Under the pieces are notes generated by a model. The model was not told the origin of the DNA, ran no database searches, and saw only the letters and a program-made list of their open reading frames with translations. A stretch of 62,314 nucleotides of DNA, counting the filler, from Squatina squatina (Eukaryota): NCBI GenBank assembly GCA_031763465.1. It is 3 parts of 3 records of this genome, joined end to end, with 100 filler letters (N's around TTAATTAATTAA, not from the genome) between each part and the next. Parts side by side here need not be neighbours in the genome. Positions count along the whole stretch, not along the records: positions 1 to 19,902 come from JARFOE010000163.1; positions 20,003 to 43,283 come from JARFOE010000001.1; 1 more part is not named here. One strand, written 5' to 3'. Positions 11,889 to 22,693 of the stretch are shown here, one piece after another (position 1 is the first letter of the stretch; each line of letters opens with the position of its first letter). The translations under genes and the position numbers were made by a program.

Positions 11889-12009
11889 NNNNNNNNNNNN
11901 NNNNNNNNNNNNNNNNNNNNNNNNNNNNNNNNNNNNNNNNNNNNNNNNNNNNNNNNNNNNNNNNNNNNNNNNNNNNNNNNNNNNNNNNAATAATCCGTCT
12001 TTTTTTAGA

Positions 12010-12390
12010 ACCAGAGTGGATAACCTCACATTTAGGATGTCCCAAAGCGCTTTACAGCCAGTGAAGTACGTGTGACGTGTCGTCACTGTTGTTTAAGCAG
12101 CCAATTTGCCCACAGCAAGCGCCCACAAATGAACGAATAACCAGTTAATGTGTTTTTGATGATGTTGATTGAGGGAGGAATATTGGCCAGAATACCAGGA
12201 GAACTCCCTGCTCTTCAANNNNNNNNNNAACGACTCACCTGAAAGACGGCACCTCCACCAGTGCAGCGCTCCTTCAGTACTGCACTCGAGTGTCAGTCTA
12301 GATTATGTGCTCAAGGCTCTGGAGTGGGGCTCGGCCTCGCGACCTTCTGACTCCGAGGCAAGAGAGTGCTATCCACTGAGCCAAGCTGGA
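12010..12390 (-). mobile_element. tRNA-derived DeuSINE-type SINE (SacSINE1-like) with L2-like tail
   Basis: Minus-strand head TTGGCTCAGTGGATAGCACTCT..CCTCGGAGTCAGAAGGT, body GCAGTACTGAAGGAGCGCTGCACTG..GAGGTGCCGTCTTTC, tail TGGCTGTAAAGCGCTTTGGGACATCC. Homologous to 46843-47272. Confidence 0.75.
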
Positions 12391-13564
12391 CGAGGGTGGG
12401 ATTCGGCCAGCCCTCACTGTCTAAACCGAGAGATGTAAACTGACCAGTTGTTCTAGGTACCCATGCTTTCAACAACATCAACTTGCATTTATACAGTGCC
12501 TTTAACATCGTAAAACGTGCCAAGGTGCTTCACAGGAGCGTTATCAAACAAGGACAGGTGACCAAAAGCTTGGTCAACGAGGTAGGTTTAAAGACGAGAG
12601 GGAGGTGGAGAGGGAAAGCGGGAAGGAAATTGGAGAGGAGAAAGTCCCCACAGAGCTCAGCAAGTGATTTCTTGCTGCTGAACACAATTTCAGACTACTT
12701 CACCAGTCATGACTCAATCTCAATTGAATTTAGATTTGTGAAAACACATTCTCCAGCCAAATTGTTTGCAAGGCTCTGGTTTTCGAAACTTGCGGTATGC
12801 AAAGACCACTGTCCATTGTGTTGAAGTTGTGGAATGCAAAGAACGGCATTACCCAATTGGCTTACAGCTAGTTGCCTCGACGGTGAGGTATTGAAGGATG
12901 AACAAGGGCCCAGTGTTCTTTGGCACGCAGGGTTTGGTGATCCAGACCAGACAGCAGTCCTGCGTTTGTCATTAACTGCCTTAACCTTGAAGAATTAAAG
13001 ATGTGAGGAGTCACCTTGTCGCTGACCTCCCTTACCACACGTTTCCCGAGTGTCCTGCCTTCAAAAGAACAACCTGTCCTTATTTGCAATTCTGTGGAAA
13101 GAACACATCATTGTACTGGAAATGCCTAATATTAAACGTGTTCTTTTAATGGGGTGGAGGGAGGAGGTGAGGAAATAATCAACTCACCACCTGCAGTCTG
13201 CATTGTTCACCTACAGCGTCGCGATTTTGTGTAATGAAGGTTTGGGTTGAATATTTTCAGGGAAAGCTATCTTGTCAAGCCACTGGCTCAGTGGGTAAAT
13301 GGACCACCCGTTGTCGAGCAGCAAGGCTCCCAGGTCCCAATCCCTGCCAGTGTGGAGATAGCTGTCCTTGGCTGTGATCTCTGTGTCCCTGAAGGATGTG
13401 GGGGAAGGCAGAGATCAGCCAGTGTTCCTGGAAAAAAAGCAACCAGAATGACTGAGGGATCACANNNNNNNNNNNNNNNNNNNNNNNNNNNNNNNNNNNN
13501 NNNNNNNNNNNNNNNNNNNNNNNNNNNNNNNNNNNNNNNNNNNNNNNNNNNNNNNNNNNNNNNN

Positions 13565-14845
13565 GACAGGGGCCAGCATGCTGAAGGCCGCCGTGTCGTT
13601 GTTCAGGGCCAAGGGTGGGTGCCTCCGCAGGTACTCCTGCAGCAGGCTGTTGATCCCGGTCCGCCGGCAGCTGCTCTGGGGGATCAGAGTCACCAGAGTG
13701 CGGTCAACCATACTTTGGTCGAACAGCATGCCGCCGCATTTGAACTCGACACAAGCAGACGAAATGTTGTGGTTGGCCATATCACGGACACTGCGCGCAT
13801 CACGGATACCGTACAGCTGCCCCACGGTCTCCGGGTGGGTGCTGCCAGCATTGCGTGACCGGACCATGACTTCCAGCGGCCCATTAACTTTGACCTTGAT
13901 GTAGCAGGCCCGGAATTCTTGAGGATTGGGCCACCAGGAGAGGTAGTCCCCAGTCCAACTGGTCAAGTCATTCTCCTCGAACGGCACCATGTTGTATTCG
14001 TATTTGTCCTTTTCCACTTTGTAAAACCTGAAGTGGTTGGCTGAGATGGGGGCCTCCTCACAGTCTCTGACGTCCTGGTATGCATAGATCGGGCCGTTTG
14101 TCTCATCAATGTTATTTGCATTGGGCTTGGCGAGATTGATCTTGAAGGCCGTTTTCTTCAGATTTGCATCCTCGTGGTCCGTCCTCTTGTAGTCAAGCTT
14201 GTCCAGGAAGGGCTGAGATACGCCAATAATGTTGGGGTTCATCTTAGGACTTGAGGGAGCGGCTTCCAGTTCCTCGGCGCCAAGGGTGCCCGTAACGTAA
14301 GCGGTGTAGGCGTCAGGTTTCTCGGCATCACAGAAGGCAGGAAGGCAGGCACCGTTTGGTCCTGTTATTACGCTGTCAAAACGCCCCCAGGCCCGAGGAT
14401 TGGCCGTGTAGCCAGGCAGAGGTTCCAGGTTAATCAGCGAGATGACAACTCCCTCTAGTTGCTCGCTGGACAGGAATTTCTCGCTCATGTAGGCCCTTAC
14501 TTTCACGTAGCAGCGCCTGCCTTCCGGAACGTCCAGGTTGAAAAGCCGGCGCTCCCGGATCTCCACGTTGCCGATCAAGAACGTCCTCTCCTCGCGTTTG
14601 CTTCGCTTTCTCTTCTCCAGGCGGAAGAGGCTCTCCTCCTCCCAGAAGCCGGTGTCCGGGTTCAAGGACCACAGCCTCATCGTCTGCATGTGCTCCGGCA
14701 TCTTGACACTGGCGGCGTCGAGGTAGACCATCACCCGGGCGGCCTCAAGGGCCTCGTCCGATAGTTCCTCCCGGAAGTCTGCCGAGAACATGCCGTAGGT
14801 CCTCAGCGGCAGAACATCCCCCTCTTCATCCACAAAGTTCAGGTC
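13565..14845 (-). CDS. CILP2: Cartilage intermediate layer protein 2, part of the large terminal exon (427 codons, truncated by gaps at both ends)
   Basis: Open frame DLNFVDEEGDVLPLRTYGMFS...WSLNPDTG..RKRSKR (furin-type site)..NPRAWGRFDSVITGPNGACLPAFCD... Residues DKYEYN, SWTGD, WWPNPQEFRAC, GQLYGIRDARSVRD and AFSMLAP match CILP2 rather than CILP1. MAU2 synteny agrees. Confidence 0.93.
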
Positions 14846-14945
14846 NNNNNNNNNNNNNNNNNNNNNNNNNNNNNNNNNNNNNNNNNNNNNNNNNNNNNNN
14901 NNNNNNNNNNNNNNNNNNNNNNNNNNNNNNNNNNNNNNNNNNNNN

Positions 14946-15300
14946 TTTATGGTCTCCCCACAAGTGGAAACATCTTCACTACTTCTACCCTATCAAATCT
15001 TTTCATAATCTTAAAGTTTTCTCTCAGGTCACCCCTCAGCCTTCTCTTTTCGAGAGAAAAGAGCCCAGCCTGTTCAATCTTTCCTGATAGATATAACCTC
15101 CCAGTTCTAGTATCATCCTTGTAAATCTTTTTTGCACGCTCTTCAGCGCCTCTATATCCTTTTTATAATATGGGGACCAGAACTGTTCACAGTATTCCAA
15201 GTGTGGTCTAATCAAGATCCAATACAAGTTGAACATAACTTTTCTGCTTTTCAATTCTATCCGTCTGGAACTGAATTCCAGTACGCTGTTTTCTTTTTTA
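14946..15300 (-). mobile_element. CR1-type LINE ORF2 C-terminal fragment
   Basis: Peptide KSRKVMFNLYWILIRPHLEYCEQFWSPYYKKDIEALKSVQKRFTRMI carries the canonical CR1 LYxxLVRPHLEYC motif. Confidence 0.9.
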
Positions 15301-15379
15301 TGGCATTATTCATGGCTTACGTAAACTTGAGGTCATCCAAAACATGGCTGCCTGTGTCCTAATTTGCACCAAGTCCCGT

Positions 15380-15531
15380 TTACCCATCACCCCTGTGTTC
15401 GTTGATCTTCATTAGCTCCCGGTTAAGCAACATTTCGATTTCAAAATTCTCATCGTTGTTTACAAATTCCTCCATAGCTCTGTAATCTCCTTCAGCCTCA
15501 CAACCCCCTGAGATATCTGCACTCCTCAAAT
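15380..15531 (+). mobile_element. L2-type LINE 3' fragment
   Basis: cccatcacccctgtg...gctcccggtt...aaaattctcatc (ITPVLADLHWLP-like region); homologous to 30100-30200 and 60750-60920. Confidence 0.7.
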
Positions 15532-15631
15532 NNNNNNNNNNNNNNNNNNNNNNNNNNNNNNNNNNNNNNNNNNNNNNNNNNNNNNNNNNNNNNNNNNNNN
15601 NNNNNNNNNNNNNNNNNNNNNNNNNNNNNNN

Positions 15632-16097
15632 ATGCATTGAATGCACTAACCCCATTGAAAACACCAACCCCATTGAATGGTTTGAATGCACTAACCCAAT
15701 CAAGTGCATTAACCCCATTGAATGCACCAACCCCATTGAATGCACTAACCCAATTGAATGGTTTGAATGCATTAAACCCATCGAGTGCATTAACCCCATT
15801 GAATGCACTAACCCCATTGAATGGTTTGAATGCATTAACCCCATTGAATGCACTGAATGCACTAACCCCATTGAATGGTTTGAATGCACTAACCCCATTG
15901 AATGGTTTGAATGCACTAACCCCATTGAATGCATTTAATGCACCAACCCCCTTGAATGGTTTTAACGCACGTACCCCATTGACTGGTTTGAATGCACTAA
16001 CCCCATTGAATGGTTTGAATGCACTAACCCCATTGAATGCACTGAATGCATTAACCCCATTGAATGCACTGAATGCACTAATCCCATTGAATGCAAT
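15632..16097. repeat. Minisatellite built from 9-nt modules (CCCCATTGA / ATGGTTTGA / ATGCACTAA; 18- and 27-bp units) abutting the MAU2 promoter
   Basis: Read directly from the sequence; it produces the spurious LNALTP and MGLVHS ORFs. Confidence 0.95.
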
Positions 16098-16109
16098 GAG
16101 TCAATTGCT

Positions 16110-16254
16110 CCCCGGTGATTTCTGCAGTAACCCGGGCGGAGCAGCTGCTCGGTGACGTCACGGGCGCCGGCCCCGCCTCCCGAGGCCCAGCTCTCGGGCC
16201 GAGGGTGGCCCGGGCTCTCGCGATGTTTGGGACGGATGCGGGTAAGATGGCGGC
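16110..16254 (+). promoter_or_regulatory. MAU2 CpG-island promoter: palindromic CRE, GC box, and YY1-type motif over the start codon
   Basis: GTGACGTCAC at 16152-16161; CCCCGCCTCC at 16171-16180; AAGATGGCGGC at 16244-16254; high CpG density over about 16110-16620. Confidence 0.75.
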
Positions 16255-16582
16255 GGTTGGCGCTAGCGGCCCTCAGCAGCAACAGCAGCAGCAGCCGCCG
16301 CCTCAGGCGCAGCCCCCACCGTCAGCCCCCCAACCCCAGCCGCCGCCCCCGCCCCAGCCGCCGCAGTACACGGACGCCTGGTACCTGGCGCTGCTGGGCT
16401 TCGCCGAGAGCTTCCGCACGGCCAGCCCGCCCAAGATCAAGCTATGCGTGCACTGCCTGCAGGCCGTCTTCCAGTTCAAGCCGTCTCAGCGCGTCGAGGC
16501 CCGGACTCACCTGCAGCTCGGCAGCGTCCTCTACCACCACACCAAGAACACCGAGCAGGCCCGCTCGCACCTCGAGAAGGCG
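16247..16582 (+). CDS. MAU2: MAU2 (SCC4, cohesin loader subunit) exon 1
   Basis: MAAVG..Q7/P-rich..[70 protein letters not shown] then GCG|GTGAGC; matches the human MAU2 N-terminus. An alternative in-frame ATG is at 16223. Confidence 0.95.
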
Positions 16583-16704
16583 GTGAGCATGGCTGGGGAG
16601 AGCGGGGGGAGGAGGCTAGGCCTCACTGCTGATGGTGGGGCTGATCATTGTACCTGTAATTTCAAAAATATATTTATTATGATATTATGACAAACTCTTA
16701 TTGC

Positions 16705-17484
16705 AGTGGCCCCGGTGAGAGCGCACCTGGAGTGCTGTGCAGAGTTTTGGACTCCTTACATACTCGCCTTAGAGGCGGTGCATCGAAGGTTCACACCTCC
16801 AGTATTGTGCACAGTTTTGGACTCCTAATTTAAGGAAGGATATACTTGCCTTAGAGCCGGTGCAACCAAGGTTCACTAGATTGATTCCTGGGATGAGAGG
16901 GTTGTCCTATGAGCAGAGATTGTGTAGAATGGGCCTATACTCTCTGCAGTTCAGAAGAATGAGTGGTGATCTCATTGAAACATACAAGATTCTGAGAGGA
17001 CTTGAAAGGGTAGATGCTGAGAGGCTGTACCTCTGGCTGGCGAGCCTAGAACTAGGGTCATAGTCTCAGGATAAGGGGTAGGGCATTTAGGACTGAAAGG
17101 AGGAAAAATTTCTTCACTCAGAGGATTATGAATCTTTGGAGTTCTCTGCCCCAGAGGACTGTGGATGCTGAGTTGAATTATGAATAGTTTTGATAGAGTA
17201 AATAAGGAGAAACTGTTTCCAATGGCAGAAGGGTCGAGAACCAGAGGATACAGATTCAACATGATTGGCAAAAGAACCTGAGGTGACATGAAGAAACATT
17301 TTTTACACAGCGAATTGTTGTGATCTGGAATTCACTGCCTGAAAGAATAATGGGAGCAGATTCAATCGTAACTTCCAAAAGAGAATTGGATAAATACTTG
17401 AAAGGAAAACATTTGCAGGGATACGTCAAAGGAGCAGGGGAGTGTGACTAACTGAATAGCTCTTTCAAAGAGCCGGCAGAAGCA
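16705..17484 (+). mobile_element. Stacked CR1 LINE 3' fragments in MAU2 intron 1
   Basis: cacctggagtgctgtgcagagttttgg occurs twice (about 16724 and 16795); peptide RFTRLIPGMRGLSYEQRL..RRMSGDLIETYKIL; a second CR1 tail starts near 17180. Confidence 0.85.
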
Positions 17485-19149
17485 NNNNNNNNNNNNNNNN
17501 NNNNNNNNNNNNNNNNNNNNNNNNNNNNNNNNNNNNNNNNNNNNNNNNNNNNNNNNNNNNNNNNNNNNNNNNNNNNNNNNNNNNAGGTGAGGACAGGGTT
17601 GCGCTTGGCTGTGATGCTTTCTACAGGTGAGTAGCCAACTGACGCTCACTGTGCAAGCTCACACTTGAGTACTGGCCAGTTAAGAACATCAGTAGGAGCA
17701 GGCCATTCGGCCCTTCAGGCCATTCGGCAGCAGAGGGCAATTTTATTACCCTGGGGAGTCGGTGCCTGGAGAACCTGCATGCCCAATGTGAGTTTTTCTC
17801 CTTTTTTCATTTTCTGTCTTTCTCTGTCTGTCTCTCTGGCTGTCTTTCCACCTCCCCCCACCCCCCCCGCCCCATGCACCCTCCTTCAGAAAGCAGGACA
17901 AGGCTTCCCTGATGACTGGCAAGGCACTACACCAGGGACCCCACAGACTAGGGCGGCGTCTGGTTTGACCGGAGGTCTGTGCTGAGTTCTCTGATCTGAG
18001 CCGCAGGTGTCACAATCCACTTCTCTGCCCCTGCATCCGGGAGAGAAAGAGGTTCGCACTCCAGACCAGCCATCCTCTGGAACGTGCCCATCTGCTGAGG
18101 ACGGGATGGGACTGGGCAGGATGTGAGGCCCGTAGACTGCCATCTGCCGTCTCGGCAGCCACTTATGCGAGGTGCTGACGATGCCCAACGCCAAGGAACC
18201 ATACCCCAGCAAGGTTCCCTGTCTTCGGGCAATGAGGGTAGAAAACAGAAGGCGGGAGTGTCCAGTCATTTCTCGAATGTAACACACCATCCTCCAGGTG
18301 AGAAGGTTGGGGGAGACCAATGAAAGATTTTTCTCCTCCAGTCTTCTAAGGAGAGCAGGGGGCATGTCTTATCACAAGCAACAATAAACTGGACATATAA
18401 TTACACGCATCCGTTAATTTCTAAATTCAATCTTCCCACATTGTATGTTGGGTGATTAATATTTACAACAGTGCAGCGCGAAGCGGGACAGTAACTATTG
18501 CATTAAAGAAATTAACTGCAACAACATGCAAATCTGGTGTATATCACCGTCAACTAGGTATCATTAATTCTTGTTTCTGCAACTCTTCCGGCTTTTGTTT
18601 TTGTACAGACAATTCAAAGTGTTTTTTGGAGTGAGACCATGTTTTAACACGTACCCTCATCATGTATCTGGTGAACCAGTTTGTGTGATTATGTTTCCTT
18701 AAGAATCAATGTTCTGGCAGGTTTGTTAACACGTATTTTGTGTTTTAGCATCACTGTACCTTTANNNNNNNNNNNNNNNNNNNNNNNNNNNNNNNNNNNN
18801 NNNNNNNNNNNNNNNNNNNNNNNNNNNNNNNNNNNNNNNNNNNNNNNNNNNNNNNNNNNNNNNNGAAAGTATTTATTCAATGAACTGGAACTACACTTGG
18901 AGTTTGAATCGTATTACTGTGTTGAGAGAGGAATTATCATGAATTTGCCCACGAAAAACGCCCAACCCCAGTCCTGATGTGACCCATCATTCTTTGAAGA
19001 AATTGATATAGTTGTTAAATGTTTGTTTGTGGGTCACTTTTATAGAAACATTCAGTTGCGCAAATGAAACTTGAATGTAGTATCCTGCCAAGGGAGAGGG
19101 GATCTGGGGGTGCATTCACAGTAGCACACAGCCTGCCACCAGACTCTGT

Positions 19150-19400
19150 CTGTGTGCATGTGGGTGGGGTTGCGTGCATGTGTGCGGGGTGGGAGGAGGT
19201 GCATGTGTGTGTGGTGCATGCGTTTGTGTTTGTGCGCTGTGTGTTGGGGGGGGGAGGGGAGGTGGGGGCTGCATGCTTATGTGTGTGGGGGTGAGTTGTG
19301 CATGCGTCACGCCTCCTGTGTGCTGTGCGCCCCCCGCGCGCCTCCTGTGTGCTGTGCGCCCCCCGCGCGCTGCCTGTGTGCTGTGCGCATGTGCATGGGG
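19150..19400. repeat. GT-rich low-complexity tract with a 26-bp tandem unit
   Basis: CCTGTGTGCTGTGCGCCCCCCGCGCG repeated about 2.5 times over 19315-19390. Confidence 0.75.
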
Positions 19401-19946
19401 TGCGAGGGGTTAACAGCACTCAGCTGCCGTCTGGAGCCGGTTCAAGCTGGTTCTCTGGAAAGTGCTTTGTGCGTCGCCTGGAATTGTGGGAAGTGTCATG
19501 TGTGGAGACCAAGTGATGTCATGGGATCAAATGTGACTCAGCCATTTATCAGCTGTGTGCAGGTAACCAGACAGTGACGCTCCCTCAGCCTGCCTCAAAC
19601 CACAGCTCGCCAGGTGCTTCTGTAAAGGGTTAACAGTATTGGGCACCTTTTGGTCAGTTGAAGCTGGTGAGAAATTTGTTTAAAAACTGTTGAAAAGTTT
19701 TCAAGTCAGCAAACTTAAATCTTAACAATGAAAATGTTTTTTTTAAGTTAAAATTCAGTTCTCAGTGTATTTTAACCCTGGTTTCAACATTGTAGTGACC
19801 TGGGCAGTAGGCATCTCTTACAGAATATTTCTCCCCCTCCCCCCTTTCCCCTCTTCCCTGCCCCCCCAACCCCCGCCTTACTTGAAGTGCTGATCTGTGC
19901 TTNNNNNNNNNNNNNNNNNNNNNNNNNNNNNNNNNNNNNNNNNNNN

Positions 19947-19958
19947 TTAATTAATTAA
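19947..19958. other. Artificial scaffold-joining linker (stop codons in all six frames)
   Basis: TTAATTAATTAA centred between two runs of 44 N (100 bp in total); identical to 43328-43339. Confidence 0.95.
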
Positions 19959-20022
19959 NNNNNNNNNNNNNNNNNNNNNNNNNNNNNNNNNNNNNNNNNN
20001 NNAGGTGGTTTGAGTGCAGTAA

Positions 20023-20265
<243 letters not shown>

Positions 20266-20650
20266 TAAGACAAAGCAGTTTATCATATTAATTGCACCAT
20301 TCCTGTGATGCTTGGAGCCAAAATGTCTTTCTTTAACTTGGTTTGGAATATTTTGTAAAGTATTGTCTTATCGTGGGGGGCAAAATAAATAGATGAAGCT
20401 AATTAAATCACAAAGGCATGGGTGACCAAAGTATATAACTTAATTAATTCCTTCATAGTATACAACATTTGTTGTGTACTTCCTGCCCCTGTCATAGTAG
20501 CGCCCACCCAATGCCATGATTGTGAAGTATTGAGTGTAAGCCATTTTTTTNNNNNNNNNNNNNNNNNNNNNNNNNNNNNNNNNNNNNNNNNNNNNNNNNN
20601 NNNNNNNNNNNNNNNNNNNNNNNNNNNNNNNNNNNNNNNNNNNNNNNNNN

Positions 20651-20900
20651 AGATTAAAGTCACCCATAATTATTGCACTGCTCTTTTTACATGCTCCCAT
20701 TATTTGTTGATTTATACCCTCTCCTACGGGGGGGTCTATACACTACTCCTGCCAGTGTCTTCTTTCTCTTGCTGTTTTTTACCTCCATCCAAATTTTTTC
20801 TACGTCTTCTGAGCCTAAATCGTCTCTCACAGCTGTACTCATTTTGTCTCTTATTAATAGCGCTACCCCACCACCTTTTCCTTCCCTCATGTCCTTCTGA
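20651..20900 (-). mobile_element. CR1 LINE endonuclease-domain fragment
   Basis: REGKGGGVALLIRDK..EKIWMEVKNSKRKKTLAGVVYRPP and AIIMGDFN, motifs of the APE-type endonuclease. Confidence 0.85.
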
Positions 20901-20989
20901 AATGAATGCTTCGTACATTAAGATACATAGCCTTTTTGCCATTTTTAATCAAATTTCCTTGACTTCTCTGAGAAAGTAACTTCCCAAAT

Positions 20990-21290
20990 AGTAAGCCATA
21001 CAACATATTGCACCGAGACCTCCAAAAGGCATTTGACAAAGTTCTATACAAAAGTCTGTTAGTTAAGCTTGAAGCTGCAGACATTCAGGTTAAATCTTGG
21101 ATATCAATAACAGTTTGGCTGAAGGGATGAAAACTCCAAATACTTGTTACAGGAGTTGTAATGAGATTGGGGGATGTAAAGTGGTAAACCCTACGGATCA
21201 GTGCTGGGACCACCCCGTTTCTAATTTACTTCAATGACTTGGACTCACAGACCCATTACAAATTTGCAGATTGTACCAAACTAGGTAGGC
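20990..21290 (+). mobile_element. Degenerate CR1 reverse-transcriptase fragment
   Basis: gacctccaaaaggcatttgacaaagtt (DLQKAFDKV), ggatcagtgctgggacc (GSVLGP) and aaatttgcagat (KFAD). Confidence 0.75.
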
Positions 21291-21702
21291 CAGTAGAATC
21301 ATAGGAGGCAGCTTAGAACCTACAAAACTGGGTGCGGTGCTGCCCTCCATTTTCATTGCTACTGTCAGGAAGTGTCGAAGCAGATTCTGTGACAATGCAG
21401 CAAGCGCTGCATGCGACCTCCAGCACGTCCTGAGATATATCGTACTCCTCTCATCCACCTAGATAGATGACAGGCTGAGTAGATCAGTCATAGATTTGAA
21501 AAGTTTACAGCATTAGATTCACAAGTTCCTTACCTGGACAAAATCTACACTTGACAGATGTTACTGGAGCAGGTGGCAGAAGGATCTTGCAGCACTCTGT
21601 TATGCTCATAATCTCCTGTCAGTCCCCAAATTGCACTTTAACTAATCTATTGTGTCAGTTCATCTATTACCTGCCGTGACTAAATCATCCTTTAACCTGC
21701 AG

Positions 21703-21768
21703 GCTGCTGAACGCTTGCGGAATCTACCAGAAGTTCACTACAAGCTGAAGCAGAGTCACCCAGAATGA
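21703..21768 (+). CDS. GALT: GALT terminal coding exon
   Basis: CAG| AAERLRNLPEVHYKLKQSHPE*; compare human AAERLRALPEVHY. Candidate polyA signals ATTAAA at 21848-21853 and AATAAA at 22017-22022. Confidence 0.9.
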   Translation, partial: AAERLRNLPEVHYKLKQSHPE

Positions 21769-22614
21769 TGAACGGACTCTAGTAAACTGCAACAGACACA
21801 CACCATCATATTTGTTACCTAGATTGATTACTGCATTGCATTTTTCTATTAAATTTTGCTCTTAAAAAATGCACATTTCCCTTTAATGACTAATACTGCG
21901 GATGCTGGAAATACTCAGCAGATCAGGCAGCATCTGTGAAGAGAGAAACAGAGTTAACGTTCGTGGCTGTTTAGCCCCAAACAGAAACGGGTCCTGTGTG
22001 GCCCTGCACCTGTATAAATAAACGCTTTTGTTCTCCCTAGTGTGCTTGATAACCGGGGGCCTGTCCTTGAAATTTGGAAAAGGAGTGTTACTGTGATTTG
22101 CCTGAGAGAAGTTAATTTCAGAGCATTTCTATATTCTGTGTGCAGTCAATTTTTTTTTAAATCTGCAAATGCTGGAAATCTGAAATAAAAATGTTGGAAA
22201 TACACAGGGTCAGGGGTAGGTTCCTTCATTAGTCTGTCATTGATGTTCTCCGGGGTCACTAGAAATGCACTTAGGACACCCAGCATATTGGATAGTTTAG
22301 AGGTCCGGGATGTGGTAGGAGGAGGGGTGCCCATGCAGGATAGGTGCTGGGTCTTCCCACCCCACCCCCACAAGAAATAACTTTATGGTGCCCACCGCAG
22401 TTCTCTTGGTAAGGGGCTGCATTTAAAAAAAAATGTAACGCCTTCAGGGGACCAGGTTCAAACTCTCCTCGAACCCCCAGGGAGACACCACTTTCCGTTG
22501 ATGAGGTATGCATGTTCTAACCAGGCTTACTTCTGCCCACCATATACTGAGTCCAGCTGAAGGCTTGAGAACTTAGTTCAGAGGCTGTGGCTCTGCAACC
22601 CCCGCCCCCTGAAA

Positions 22615-22693
22615 ACCATAGAAAATAGGTGCAGGAGTAGGCCATTAGGCCCTTCGAGCCTGCACCGCCATTCAATATGATCATGGCTGATCA
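22615..22693 (-). mobile_element. CR1 3' terminus fragment
   Basis: aggagtaggccattaggcccttcgagcctgcaccgccattcaatatgatcatggctgatc is the reverse complement of the CR1 tail seen at 24400-24468. Confidence 0.8.

Noticed and set aside
6855-12045. His/Thr/Pro/Trp-rich repetitive ORFs (HTIPWSLTLYPGPSHYTLVP)
   Set aside because: Translation of the C-rich strand of the 20-bp satellite; frequent frameshifts and no splice or start context.
13565-14845. CILP (CILP1) assignment
   Set aside because: Diagnostic residues (WWPNPQEF, KYEYN, GQLYG..DARSVRD) and MAU2 linkage favour CILP2.
15380-16282. MGLVHS and LNALTP repeat proteins
   Set aside because: These follow from the 9-nt-module minisatellite; there is no evidence of coding function.
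19947-19958. TTAATTAATTAA as a piggyBac target, PacI site or homeodomain site
   Set aside because: It is symmetrically embedded in N runs twice, so it is an assembly linker.
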